This document shows, piece after piece, positions 13,200-24,410 of a stretch of DNA of 64,000 nucleotides. Source of the stretch: Chiloscyllium plagiosum (Eukaryota); NCBI RefSeq assembly GCF_004010195.1, contig NC_057711.1:71462511-71526510 (forward strand). Reading direction: 5' to 3'. Under the pieces are notes generated by a model, which saw nothing but the letters and a program-made list of their open reading frames with translations, made no database searches and was not told the origin of the DNA. Made by a program: the position numbers and the translations under genes. Position 1 is the first letter of the stretch. Each line of letters opens with the position of its first letter.

Positions 13200-13928
13200 T
13201 TTGTTTGATTTGATCTGATTTATTATTGTCATGTACCTTGGTACAGTAGAAAGTTGTGTTTTGTGTTCGTTACAGGCAGATCGTACCAAGACAACGAGCA
13301 TTAGAGTAATAGAACAGAGCAGCAAATGCAATGTTAGGCTGCAGAGATTATGCACAAAGGGCAAGATCAACATTAAATTTTAAATTTGAGAGATACATTC
13401 AGAAGTCTCTAACAACAACAAGGAAGAAACTGTTCTGGAATATTTTAGTTCACATGTTAAGCTTCTGTATCTTCTGCTGGATGGAAGAGGTTGGAAGAGA
13501 TTATAACTGGGATGGGAGGGGTCTTTGATGATGTTGGCTGCCTTCCCAAGACACCAAGAAGTATAGGTGGACTCAATGGATGAAAGGTTGGCTTGTGCAA
13601 TGGACTGGGTTGTATTCTCAACTCCCTTTCTTAGGGAGTTCCTGGGCAGAGAGCTTGTCATACTGAGCTATGATGCATTGGGATAGAATGCTTTCTATGG
13701 TGCATCAATAAAAGTTGGTAAGCCTTTACGGACCTGCTGAATTTTCTTAGCCTCCTGAAGAAGTAGCAGCATTGTTGTGCTTTCTTGACCATAGCATCAA
13801 AGTAGGTGGACCAGGACAGATTGTTGGTGATTGTCGCTCCTAAGAACTTGACTCACCCATTCCACCATAGCACCATTGATGTAGACAGAGGCATACCGTT
13901 ACCTTGTTTCCTGGAGTCAATGACCAGC
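13200..13928 (-). mobile_element. Rex1/Babar LINE, 3' part
   Basis: ORF 13380-13661 KAANIIKDPSHPSYNLFQPLPSSRRYRSL is the characteristic Rex1/Babar C-terminus. (AATCA)n-type tail at 13200. Confidence 0.88.
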
Positions 13929-13949
13929 ATGGGCAAGTATGGCATTACC

Positions 13950-14210
13950 AAAGCTGAATCACATGTTGGCCAAAACAGGTAATTATGGTACATTAGTGAA
14001 CCAGATGGACTGATAGAACAATTAACAATTGTTATGTGGTTACCATTAGATTAGTACTCTTTTTTCTCAAATTCCACATTTTAAAAAAAAATTGCATTCA
14101 AATTTTGCTCATTGTCTATGGTTAGATTTAAACCCATATCCTCAGAAACTGAGATTTTGGATTCCCAGTCATTACAACTACACCACCACCATATCCAACA
14201 TATATATTGC
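13950..14210 (-). mobile_element. tRNA-derived SINE family B, decayed
   Basis: Collinear with the copy at 44422-44759 (CATTAGTGAACCAGATGG ... TTCAAATT ... TGGATT..CAG). Confidence 0.6.
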
Positions 14211-14999
14211 ATAATTTCTTCATCATTGCTGGGACAAAATCCAGGAAAGTTGTCCCCGTTAGCACCATGGAAGTATGCATGGCCCAGCACTGAATAAAGA
14301 GAGTACGTTAATCCACCATAACTTGTGGGGAGTGCCCAGCCTACAGACTGCCTCCACCCCTCCATTGCATGATTGGCAGAAGATGGTCTGGGGAGCTGGG
14401 GCATGTGCAATAAATATGCAAAACCAATGCCACTCAGTTATTGTTGCCATCCTAAACTACCTTCCTCTGCCGCCTTTGTTGCCTGGCTGCCAACTAGCTT
14501 GTTATCCTATTGTCTGACAATCAATAAACAAATTAAAAGAACATGAATAAGGTCCTACCATTAAATTTGGTAGGTTGTTGGCCTTCAGGGCATTTCCAAG
14601 CATTCCCCGTGGATACATATCTCCATTTCCTGTTCACAACATCAGTATCAAAGATGGAGGTCTATTTAGCATATTGGATGTGTGCCATTCTTTTATTCAC
14701 CCATGGACTTTCGGTGTGGCTGGCTGGGCCAACAGTTATTGTTGGTTCCTAGTTGCCCTTGAGAAGATGGTGGTGAGCTGCCTTCTTGAACCACTGCAGT
14801 CCATGTGTTATGAGCAGACCTCCAATTCTGTTAGGGAGGGGATTCCAGGATTTTAACTCAGTAACAATGAGGGAACTGCAATATCTTTCCACATCAAGGT
14901 GGTGAATGGCTTGAAGGGGAACCTGCAGGTGGTGCTGCTCCCATATATCTGCTGTCCTTGTTCTTCTCGGTGGAAGTGGTCATGGGTTTGGAAGGAAGA

Positions 15000-15410
15000 G
15001 CCTGGATTCCTATGTTTCTATATTTCTATATTTCTGTGTTTCTATGGCATGGTACAGAAGCAGAGACATTGTTCCCCGTATTGGCGAGTCTAAGACCAGA
15101 AGGCATGATCTCAGAGTTAGGAGCTTCCCCTTTAAGACAGTGATGATGAGGATTTTTTTTCTCTGTCTCAGAGGATTGTGAATCTGTGGAATTTTTTTAT
15201 CACTGAGGACTGTTGAGGCTGCAACTTTTAAATTGTAAATGAATATTAAAAGGTATTCAAAGCTGATGGAGACATTATTTAACAGCAAGAGAGTCAACGG
15301 TTTTGGGAAAGGGCAGGAAAGTGGAGTTGAGGATTATCAAATCAGGCATGATCTAATTCAGTAGTGGAGTGGACTTGAAGGGCTGAATGGGCTATTCTTA
15401 TGTCTTACAG
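15000..15410 (+). mobile_element. CR1 LINE 3' end, preceded by a (TTTCTAT)n tail remnant
   Basis: TCTAAGACCAGAAGGCAT..GAGGATTGTGAATCTGTGGAAT..GAAGGGCTGAATGGGCTATTC resembles the CR1 SRTRGH..QRVVNLWN region and 3' stem. Confidence 0.8.
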
Positions 15411-15571
15411 TCTTTGTGAATTTCTACAGTGTGTCTTGTAGATGGTACACACTGCTGCGACTGAGCATAGGCAGTGGAGGGAGTGGATGTTTGCGAATGT
15501 GCAGCCAATCAAGTGGGCTGCGTTGTCCTGAATGATGCCAAGCTTCTTGAGTGATGTCAGAGCTGTACCCA

Positions 15572-15711
15572 GCTTTTTCCTCATTCCTGAAGAAGGGCTT
15601 ATGCCCGAAATGTCGATTCTCCTGTTCCTTGGGTGCTGCCTGACCTGCTGCGCTTTTCCAGCAACACATTTTCAGCTCTGATCTTCAGCATCTGCAGTCC
15701 TCACTTTCTCC
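15572..15711 (+). mobile_element. PLE family-1 mini-element (hammerhead + terminus), 15-bp TSD
   Basis: TSD TCAGAGCTGTACCCA at 15557-15571 and 15712-15726. Hammerhead core begins at 15587. Confidence 0.88.
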
Positions 15712-15973
15712 TCAGAGCTGTACCCATTCAGGCAAGTGAGGGGGTATTCCATGACATTCCAGACTTGTGCCTTGAAGATGGTGGACAGGCTTTGGAGAGT
15801 CAGGAGATGACTAACTGCACAATCCCAAGCCTTTGACCTGTTCTTGTTGCCACTCTATTTATATGCCTGTTCTACTTCAGTTTCTGGTCAATGGAAACCC
15901 TCACAGTGTTAACAGTGGGGTCTTTAATGTCAATAAATGTCAATGGGCATTGGATTCGCTCTTACTGGACATG

Positions 15974-16108
15974 CCCTCTGCCTGGCACTTGTGCAGCGTA
16001 AATGTTACTTGTTACTTGTCACTTGTCAGCCCAAACCTGGATATTGTCCAGAATTTGGTCTGACAAGTGACAAGTAACATTGACACTACACAAGAGTCAG
16101 GCAAAGGG
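15974..16108. repeat. Fold-back inverted repeat (about 65-bp arms) at the LINE family B truncation point
   Basis: CCCTCTGCCTGGCACTTGTG..CTTGTCACTTGTCAGCCCAAACCTGGA is mirrored by TCCAGAATTTGGTCTGACAAGTGACAAG..CACAAGAGTCAGGCAAAGGG. Confidence 0.85.
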
Positions 16109-16113
16109 GATGG

Positions 16114-16273
16114 ATATTAGATTAGATTAGATTACCTACAGTATGGAAACAGACCCAACAAGTCCACACTGACCCTCCGAAGAGTAACCTACAGACCCAT
16201 TCCCATACCCTATATTTACCCCTGACTAATGCACCTAAAGCTATGGACAATTTAGCATGGCCGATTCCCCTGA
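16114..16273 (-). mobile_element. HE1/V-SINE 3' fragment
   Basis: (TAATC)n tail plus 3' body. Confidence 0.88.
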
Positions 16274-16279
16274 AATTGC

Positions 16280-16750
16280 AGTCAATTAGTTAAGCATGAC
16301 TTGCTCTTTGTGAACCAATGCTGCATTTTCCCAAAAGGACAATTTCTAACTAGATGTTGCTGTTTCTTCCCTGATAATAGACTCAAGACTACAGAAGTTG
16401 AGCTAACCAGTCTATAATTCCCTATCTTTTGTCTACCTCCTTTTTTAAACAGTGGCATCACACTTGCTGTTTTTCAATCTGCTGGAACTGCACCAGAAAG
16501 AATCCAGTGAATTTTGGAAAATTACCACAAGTATATTTGCCTTTTCTCCTGCAATCACTTTTAGTTCCTTGGAATGCATTCCATCAGGGCCAGGAGACTT
16601 GTCTACCCTTAACTCCATTAGCTTGCCCAACACTACCTCTTTTGTGATAACGATTGTTTCCAGGTCCTCACCTACCTTTGTCTCTTTGTCAATTACTAGC
16701 ATGTTATTCATGTCTTCCAGTGTGAATACTGACACAAAATACCTGTTCAA
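16280..16750 (-). mobile_element. CR1 ORF2 internal fragment (start of the RT region)
   Basis: ORF 16445-16750 YFVSVFT..KLMELRVDKSPGPDGMH..VIFQNSLDS, followed by NYRLVSSTSV (NYRPVSLTSV motif). Confidence 0.9.
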
Positions 16751-18024
16751 TATTGTTGAAGTTTTGTTACATTTGGGACAAGGACTGCTTCAATATCTGA
16801 GGTCTTGATGTAATCACAAAGGTAGGTTCCCAAATTCCCAGTCTGAGTTCTTGCTGCATGAAGCTCTGCAACGTTAATGCTGATACGGGAGATTCTACCT
16901 ATGACCACCAATCATCATTTTAGTTTTTATAAAGTATTACATGTGAAATAGGTGCATTGCTCTCAGGATGGTATTATATTCAAGATCAGTTTTTGCAATA
17001 ACTTGCCAATACTGTCAGACCCTACTCTATGACCTGTTGACCTGTGCAAATGCAAGGTCAGTGTGCAGTCTCTGTAAAAGCTAATTAACCTGTCACATTA
17101 GCAAATCAGATCAAGTGCGGTTGGCATTGCACAAGTTTGAATGAAAATATAGTCCTGCTACCTTTTACCCTGATGTCTGATGAGTCATCAATCACAATAG
17201 ATGATGTTCTGATGGCATTGACTTTTATATAGATGAGTGCAGTTTTTGGCACATTCGCCAATAAATTACTGTTGGCAAAAACAACAAATGAAAGCTTTAA
17301 TACATTGGTTTGATGCTTTCTTGTCCAATGTTTTAATAGAGTGTGAACCAATGTGAAATAAATGTGATAATGCCTTGAATTAAATAATTCCACAGAGGAA
17401 TGTCATACAAAAGAGTTCTGCTTTTGTCTGCTAATACTGCTAACAATCATTTTGAGACTATTGTTAGTTTTGAATACTTACCTCTGGCCTTTAGAATTCA
17501 ACTTATGTTTCTCATATCAATCACCATAAACATGTATCTAATTTATTTCTTTATTTGTTTTGAACTCCCTAGTCATGGCTTTTCTGTTTGCATAAACTGT
17601 TCTGTGTTGTACTTGGATGAGAAAAGTAGAAGTGGGTAATCAGATCTGCTTTTTGCCAGTGGCATTCTTCCCAGCCAAGTAGCTACGTGGGAGCATTTAG
17701 AAGACTTTTCTATTTGAGTCTCTGATGAATTGCACTGCTTCATTTTACTGTTTAGTGCAAGTGTGACGAAGCATGCATTTCAGTGAAAGTGTAGGAATGC
17801 ATAAAGTACACACATAAAACAAAGATTTCAACTTGATTATTACAAAGTGTTTCCTTTTAAACATCAAAGTTATTTCGTTTAAAACAACAGAGAAGGATCC
17901 ATTGACATTAAAGGTAACTAAATCTCATTGGTCACATTTCTTAGAATTTTATCTATTCTCCATCTTTTTAAATATTCATTGAAAACTCCAATGTTTGAAA
18001 TCACAAAAACGTAATAGAAGGATG

Positions 18025-18078
18025 TCCACAGAGGCCAGTATCCCATCACCAAGTCACTTTTTATTTGTACGTGGAGAG
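18025..18078 (-). mobile_element. LTR fragment, same family as 19741-19954
   Basis: TCCACAGAGGCCAGTATCCCATCACCAAGTCAC..GTGGAGAG closely matches 19750-19803. Confidence 0.75.
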
Positions 18079-18717
18079 ACCATCACAACCTGATTGAGTT
18101 TTTTGAAGAAGTAACAAAGAGGATTGATGAGGGCAGAGTGGTAGATGTGATCTATATGGATTTCAGTAAGGCGTTTGACAAGGTTTCCCATGGGAGACTG
18201 ATTAGCAAGGTTAGATCTCATGGAATACAGGGAGAACTAGCCATTTGGATACAGAACTGGCTCAAAGGTAGAAGACAGAGGGTGGTGGTGGTGGGTTGTT
18301 TTTCAGACTGGAGGCCTGTGACCAGTGGAGTGCCACAAGGATCGGTGCTGGGTCCTCTACTTTTTTGTCATTTACATAAATGGTTTGGATGCGAGCATAA
18401 GAGGTACAGTTAATAAGTTTGCAGATGACACTGAAATTGGAGGTGTAGTGGACAGCGAAGAGGGTTACCTCAGATTACAAGAGGATCTGGACTAGATGGG
18501 CCAATGGGCTGAGAACTGGCAGATGGAGTTTAATTCAGATAAATGCGAGGTGCTGCATTTTGGGAACGTAAATCTTAGCAGGACTTATACACTTAATAGT
18601 AAGGTCTTAGGGAGTGTTGCTGAACAAAGACACCTTGGAGTGCAGGTTCATAGCTCCTTGAAAGTGGAGTCGCAGGTAGATAGGATAGTGAATAAGGCAT
18701 TTGGTACGCTTTCCTTT

Positions 18718-19150
18718 ACATAGAATACATAGAACACATAGAAAAATACAGCGCAGTACAGGCCCTTTGGCCCTCGATGTTGTGCCAATCCAAGCCCACC
18801 TAACCTACACTAGCCCACTATCCTCCATATACCTATCCAATGCCCGTTTAAATGCCCATAAAGAGGGAGAGTCCATCATTGCTACTGGCAGGGCATTCCA
18901 TGAACTCACAACTCGCTGAGTAAAGAATCTACCCCTAACATCTGTCCTATACATATCATCCCTTAATTTAAAGCTATGCCTCCTCGTAACAGTTGACTCC
19001 ATACGTGGAAAAAGGTTCTCATGGTCAACCCTATCTAAACCCCTAATCATCTTGTACACCTCTATGAAGTCACCCCTAAACCTTCTTTTCTCCAATGAAA
19101 ACAGCCCCAAGTGCCTCAGCCTTTCCTCATACGATCTTCAACCGTACCCG
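18718..19150 (-). mobile_element. Nested CR1 3' end (different subfamily)
   Basis: ORF 18805-19110 GLFSLEKRRFRGDFIEVYK..FFTQRVVSSWNALP with a (TTCTATGT)n-type tail. Confidence 0.93.
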
Positions 19151-19152
19151 GA

Positions 19153-19248
19153 GATTAGATTAGATTAGATTACTTACAGTGTGGAAACAGGCCCTTCGGC
19201 CCAACAAGTCCATACCTTCCCGCCAAAGCGCAACCCACCCATACCCCT
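19153..19248 (-). mobile_element. HE1/V-SINE 3' fragment
   Basis: (TAATC)n tail and CAGTGTGGAAACAGGCCCTTCGGCCCAACAAG. Confidence 0.88.
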
Positions 19249-19740
19249 ATTGGTCAGAGTATTGAGTACAGGAGGTCATGTTGCAGCTGGACAAGACATT
19301 GGTTAGGCCACTGTTGGAATATTGCGTACAATTCTGGAATATTCATCTCTCTCCTATTGGAAGGATGTTGTGAAACTTGAAAGGATTCAAAAAGGATTTA
19401 CAAGGATGTTGCCAGGGTTGGAGGATTTGAACAATAGGGAGAGGTTGAATAAGCTGGGGCTGTTTTCTGTGAGCGTTGGAGGCTGAGGGGTGACTTTATA
19501 GAGGTTTATAAAATTATGACAGGCATGGATAGCCATTTACTACAATCAGTGGAACTGGGCCAGCTGCTTCTCAAATGAGAATGGAACCAAAATTGTACAT
19601 TTAATCTGTAGGGAGTCCCTCGAACAGGTCGTTTGAACAAGTCAAGCTTCCCAAATATGATGCCAAAAACGCTTACCCCAACTCAAAGCCAATTGCTGCG
19701 AGCACATTTCTTCTGGAGCATGCTTTTCTCTTGTCCCCAC

Positions 19741-19954
19741 TGAAATAACTCCACAGAGGCCAGTACCCCATCACTAAGTCCCCCTTTATTTATATGTGGA
19801 GAGTCCTTGACACTGATCCAGCTCCCTCAGAGCTAGCTCTCAGAGTGAACAGAACCTCTGAAACTCCTGTTTATATCTTTCAGCCAGGGGTGCCACAATG
19901 AACCAGATTAACATCCCCATATTCTGTGAGATCCCCTTGGTTGGCCTTGTTACA
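19741..19954 (-). mobile_element. Solo LTR (214 bp), probably Gypsy type
   Basis: The minus strand begins TGTAACA and ends TATTTCA (TG...CA), with a TATA-like GATATAAA and a downstream AATAAA. Two further partial copies occur in the window. No clean TSD. Confidence 0.7.
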
Positions 19955-19959
19955 ATCCT

Positions 19960-20885
19960 TACAGTAATTGTGCAGAAGGAGGACATACAGTCAATTGATT
20001 CTGCACCAGCACTCTGAACGTTTTGATTTAGTATCAATCTCCTGTCTTTTTTCATAATCCTGCACATTATTTCTTTTTAAATGATCCTTTACTACCCTCT
20101 TGAATACCTCAATTGAACTTTCCTTCACCACACTTCCAGACAGTGCATTTGAGACCTTAATTACTTGCTGTGTGAAAAATATGTTTTTCTCATCGTACAT
20201 TTAGTTCTTTTGTAAAATTTTTGAAAACTCTACCCCTTGTTCTCAATCTACTTATAAGTAGAAATGGTTTCTCCCCATCCACTCTGTGCGCACCCCTCTC
20301 ATGACTTTGAAAGCTTCCATCAAATATTTTATTTGCTTTCTCCTCTCGAACAAAAGCAGTCTCAACTTCTCCAATCGATCCTTATAACTGCAGTGACTTA
20401 TCTCTAGAACTATACTTGAAGACTGTTTTGGCACTCTTTTCAATGCATTCACATTTTCCAGAAAGATGGCTCTCAGAACAGAATAAATTCTTCAGCTGAA
20501 GTCTAATGATTGCTTCATGCAAGTTCATCATAAACTCCCTGTTCCTGTAACCGATGTCCATATTTTTGAAGCCTGAAATATTAAGCACTTTGTTAACAGC
20601 TCTCTCTACCTTTCCAGTCACCTTTGATGAATTGTATGTGCATAGACCTAGGTTCCTCTGTTTGTTCACTCTCTTTAAAATAGTACTCTGTATTTTCTAC
20701 TGTCATATTCTTTGTGGCAAAGTGCATCACATTACACTTCTCCCCATTGAACTTCATTTGGCACTTATGTGTCCACTCTACCGACATGCCAATATCCCAC
20801 TGAACTTCTACGTTATCCTCCTCAGTTTATAATTCTCCCAAGTTTTGTGCCTTCTGCAAACTTTGAAATTGTCCTGTGCACACAG
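19960..20885 (-). mobile_element. CR1 LINE 3' part, older
   Basis: EWTHKCQMKFNGEKCNVMHF, SYKDRLEKLRLLLFERR, FFTQQVIKVSNAL. Confidence 0.88.
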
Positions 20886-21617
20886 AGTCAGATGGAAGCT
20901 TAATCTTCAGTTTAGTACTACCTGTCAATACCCTGCCCCTTACTGCCATTTCAGGGATTTCTGTTGAACATGCCTTTGGTTGTTCAATATTTTGTTGAAT
21001 ATTTTTAGATCTATTGCAATGACAATGTGTGTGATTCTCCACCCCCTGACATGGCCAGAGTAAAGACAAGCCTAATGACTTAACCAGGTGAGAGTCTAAA
21101 ATTCTCACTTATTTTTCACTATCGAAATAAATTCTCAATTAAACCTTCCCTCCTTAGATGGTGAGATGACTTTTTCACTATTGGACGGTGAGAAGCAAAT
21201 GTATGTGAGTTGGCATGTCATTAAATACTCTACTTATTGGAATGAACTTTCCCTTCCCAAGTAATTCTGTCCAATTCTAATACTCAATGTTTCAGAGACT
21301 CAGCTGCACAAAGTTCACTATTCACCTAAGGAGGGCTAAGGGAGGGCTCCTATAATAGGACTCGGGGAGGATTGGTTGTTGTGGGAGACAGTCTGACAGT
21401 CGTTTCATGCTAAGTTCACATTAATACTTCCTTGGGCCACCTAACATGAGGTTGCAATGATTATTATGCCTGAGGAGAGATATTGTCAGGCCAGAAGGTA
21501 ATCAGGCGGTTCTAAGTATCTTCAAAATCCTGTGATGGTTGTAGCAAACATCTGACCTCTCAAGTTCACAGCAATAACATGGAGCACATGGTCAGGCACA
21601 AAACTAATCTCTGTCAG

Positions 21618-21793
21618 AAGTTAAAAATCACACAACACCAGTTTATAATCCAACAGGTTTAATTGGAAGCATTAGATTTCGGAGCACTGCTCCTTCATCA
21701 GTTGGTTGTGGAGTATAAGATAGTAAGACGCACAATTTATAGCAAAAGTTTACAGTGCGATGTAACTGAAATTATGTATCGAAAAAGACCTGG
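21618..21793 (-). mobile_element. PLE family-2 terminal fragment with hammerhead, 12-bp TSD
   Basis: TSD AATCTCTGTCAG at 21606-21617 and 21794-21805. Minus strand reads CTGATGAAGGAGCAGTGCTCCGAAATCTAATG. Confidence 0.82.
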
Positions 21794-22039
21794 AATCTCT
21801 GTCAGGGCATAACCTGGAGCTTGATAGGGAAGAATGTCAGGGCTAACCCATTCCTTTATTAAAACCATGTCTTTTTCACTAACAGTTCACACTGATCTGC
21901 TGGAAATGAAAGAAGCAAAGCAGAGGTCAACCCAACGGTTTTTCTTGCAACCGTACTACTCCAAAGGAATTGACACAGAAAACAACAGAGATGAGTGCAG
22001 CTATAATCACAGCATTTGCCACTGCACAGCCTGCAGAGG

Positions 22040-22710
22040 GAGAAGCTGCAAGGCAAGAGCCAGCACATCATAGGGAAACTCTTGCAAGAAACAGGGTCTA
22101 CATAGGTCCAGCTATTTCATAGAATTATTGAGTCCCTACAGTGTGGAAACAGGCCATTTGGCTCAACAATTCCACACTCACCCTCTGAAGGATAACCCAC
22201 TCAGACCCATTCGCATACACTATTATCCTGTATTTACCCTTAACAATTGCACCTAACCTACACATCCCTAAGCACTATGGACAATTAAGCATGGCCAATT
22301 CACCTAACTTGCACATATTTTGACTGCGTGAGGAAACCGTAACACCCAAAGGAAACCCAAGCAGACACAGAGAGAACGTGCAAACTCCACACGGACAGTC
22401 GCCTGAGGCTGGAATTGAGCCCAGGTTCCTGGTGCAGTGAGGCAGCAGTGAAAACCACTGAGCCACCGTGCCGTCCGTTTGTAAATGAGTGAGAGAACAG
22501 TTTAAAAGGTGACCAGTGATGTTCCAAAGCATGTGGCCAAGGTCTTGTGGTCACCTTGACTGGGTGATAATCCCCTCCTGGCAGCCCTAAAGTTAACAGA
22601 CACCTCTAATTCCTTTGCCAGTAGATCAGATCGGGGATCTTCAGGAGACCTCTGTGGTATTGCACAGGCGTCAACTCAAAGATGAATCCAATATGTTTCC
22701 TTTGCAAGAG
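22040..22710 (+). pseudogene. PIF/Harbinger transposase N-terminal fragment split by a V-SINE
   Basis: RVY..SY before the SINE, then MSER.. and PLLAALKLTDTSNSFASRSDRGSSGDLCGIAQASTQR*IQYV, matching PLPVALKVTxALNFxASGSFQGxxGDLCGISQSxxHRCIxxV. Confidence 0.75.
22118..22476 (-). mobile_element. HE1/V-SINE, full length
   Basis: Head GGACGGCACGGTGGCTCAGTGG, V-domain and tail. Confidence 0.95.
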
Positions 22711-23879
22711 GTCATCCTGCTGCCCCTTCCGTCAGGCAGTGAGTGATCACACTCATCACTGGTTTCCCACAGACTCAGGGTGCAAACTGTAGCAATCTGA
22801 GCATCCTACCATCTACCAACAGTCTTCATGAATGGAAAAAGATTCCATTCTCTTCATGTTCAAATCATTTATAACCACGGTGGCTAGAAATTGCAGGTTT
22901 TTAGGAAACTACCATGATTTTTAAGGATTGGACCACTCACATAAGCCAGCCCCTTTCAAAGACGTGTAGCTCATACAAGGACAGTTGCTGGACAACAAGA
23001 GATATACCTTTCACAAGTGGTTGAAGACTTCTCTAAGAAATCCTCAGACTAATATCAAGGACAAAATCTATGCCTGTAACCAGGGCGATTGTAGAATAGA
23101 CTATAGGCCTGCTGACATGTGGTTCTAAGGCCTGGAATAGTCAGGCGCTGCCAGGCAGGACTAAGTACTCAGTGCAACACACATTGTTGTGATGTGTTGA
23201 ACACTTGACAATCTCAAAGTGAGCAAAGAGGAAATGAGGGTAGAGATCTTGAGATTACCCAAATTGACTCTCAAAGGAATGGAAAGGTCCACTGAGTGCA
23301 ACAGGCCAGAATACAACAACCTGCTTCCAGAGTACTGAGCTCAGTACAGACATTCTATGTCCAAGTTAATATTTCATTTGCACAGTTATCTATCAATATT
23401 CTGCTTACTGTATTCAATATTTTCAAAGTAAAGTATATTTATATAAATATAAATCAAGACTTAAGTATTTATTATAGTCTTTATGTCAGTAAAAAACCAT
23501 CTCATGTTCATTAAAGCCCAACCAAACTATTTAAATCCCTTATTTAAGAATTATGTTCATAATACTAAATCAAAGACTATTAATATTTTATTAATTTCTT
23601 TTAGCTGTAAACAAAACTAAACTTAGGATCCCCACTTGAAATAATGATAGGTTGTGAAAAGCATTACAAATGACAGACTGGATATGTTTTGTATAATGTT
23701 AACAAACAGCTATTACAACTGTGAGATCATATTATTTTCAATTCTGACAGAGGTAGTGAATCTATTTTTTAAATTACTTGTCAATTCAACTGGAGAGATG
23801 TTTTTCATTTTTAAAACACTGTGGATTTAAATAATTTCACAGTTTGGTAGTTCCACAGACCTTGATCACCATAATTCCC

Positions 23880-24410
23880 AAAACTGCAGGTAAAGGTTTT
23901 TCTCACAGTGAAATTGTCAAACTCTTGCCCATGAGCCAGTTTTCTATCCTTGCCGAAATACTACCTCCAACACTGCAGCTTCTTATCTTACTACTTAACC
24001 ATTGTGAGGGACCATGTTAAATGATTTCTGAAAATCCAAATACAACACATTTACTGGTTCCCCTCCATACTCTCTGGTTGAGACTTCCTTGAAAAGCTCT
24101 AATAAATTAGTCAGGCATGATTTTATAGTCCTCCTTTGCTAGATTCTGAATTTACCACAGTCTTTTGGGCTATCACTGATTTTTGCCTCCTTTTTCTTTC
24201 AACTTAATACTATCCTTAATTTCATTGATTAATCACAGTTAGTTTATTCCTCTGTTAGAATCTTTCCAACTTACTGGGATGTATTTTTGCTGAAAGTCAT
24301 GAATTACCTCCTTAAATGCCTGCCACTTCTTGCTTACTGTTATTCCTGCTAATTTGTCCACTCAGTTCACTTTAGCTAACTCTATCCTCATTTAATTGTA
24401 ATACTCTCCT
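23880..24410 (-). mobile_element. Old CR1 ORF2 fragments
   Basis: GGATTTTCAGAAATCATTTAACATGGTCCCTCAC (decayed DFQKAFDKVPH) and TCATGCCTGACTAATTTATTAGAG (SCLTNLLE) on the minus strand. Confidence 0.7.

Larger units (their letters stand above)
14690..16045 (-). mobile_element. CR1/L2-group LINE (family B) with nested CR1 tail and PLE mini-element
   Basis: GTTGCCCTTGAGAAGATGGTGGTGAGCTGCCTTCTTGAACC end, collinear with 46105-46925. Interrupted at about 15000-15410 and at 15572-15711. Confidence 0.8.
18082..19531 (+). mobile_element. CR1 LINE RT/3' part, interrupted at about 18718-19248
   Basis: VDVIYMDFSKAFDKV..SGVPQGSVLGPLLF, KFADDT, QWAENWQMEFNSDKCEVLH. The host resumes at TTGGTCAGAG after the nested inserts. 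Confidence 0.95.

Noticed and set aside
15424..15669. Recurrent peptide MCCWKSAAGQAASKEQENRRFG in several ORFs, suggesting a gene family
   Set aside because: It is the antisense translation of the non-coding PLE terminus.
17177..17215. CTGATGAG as a possible hammerhead core
   Set aside because: No stem II closed by GAAA and no UH site follows.
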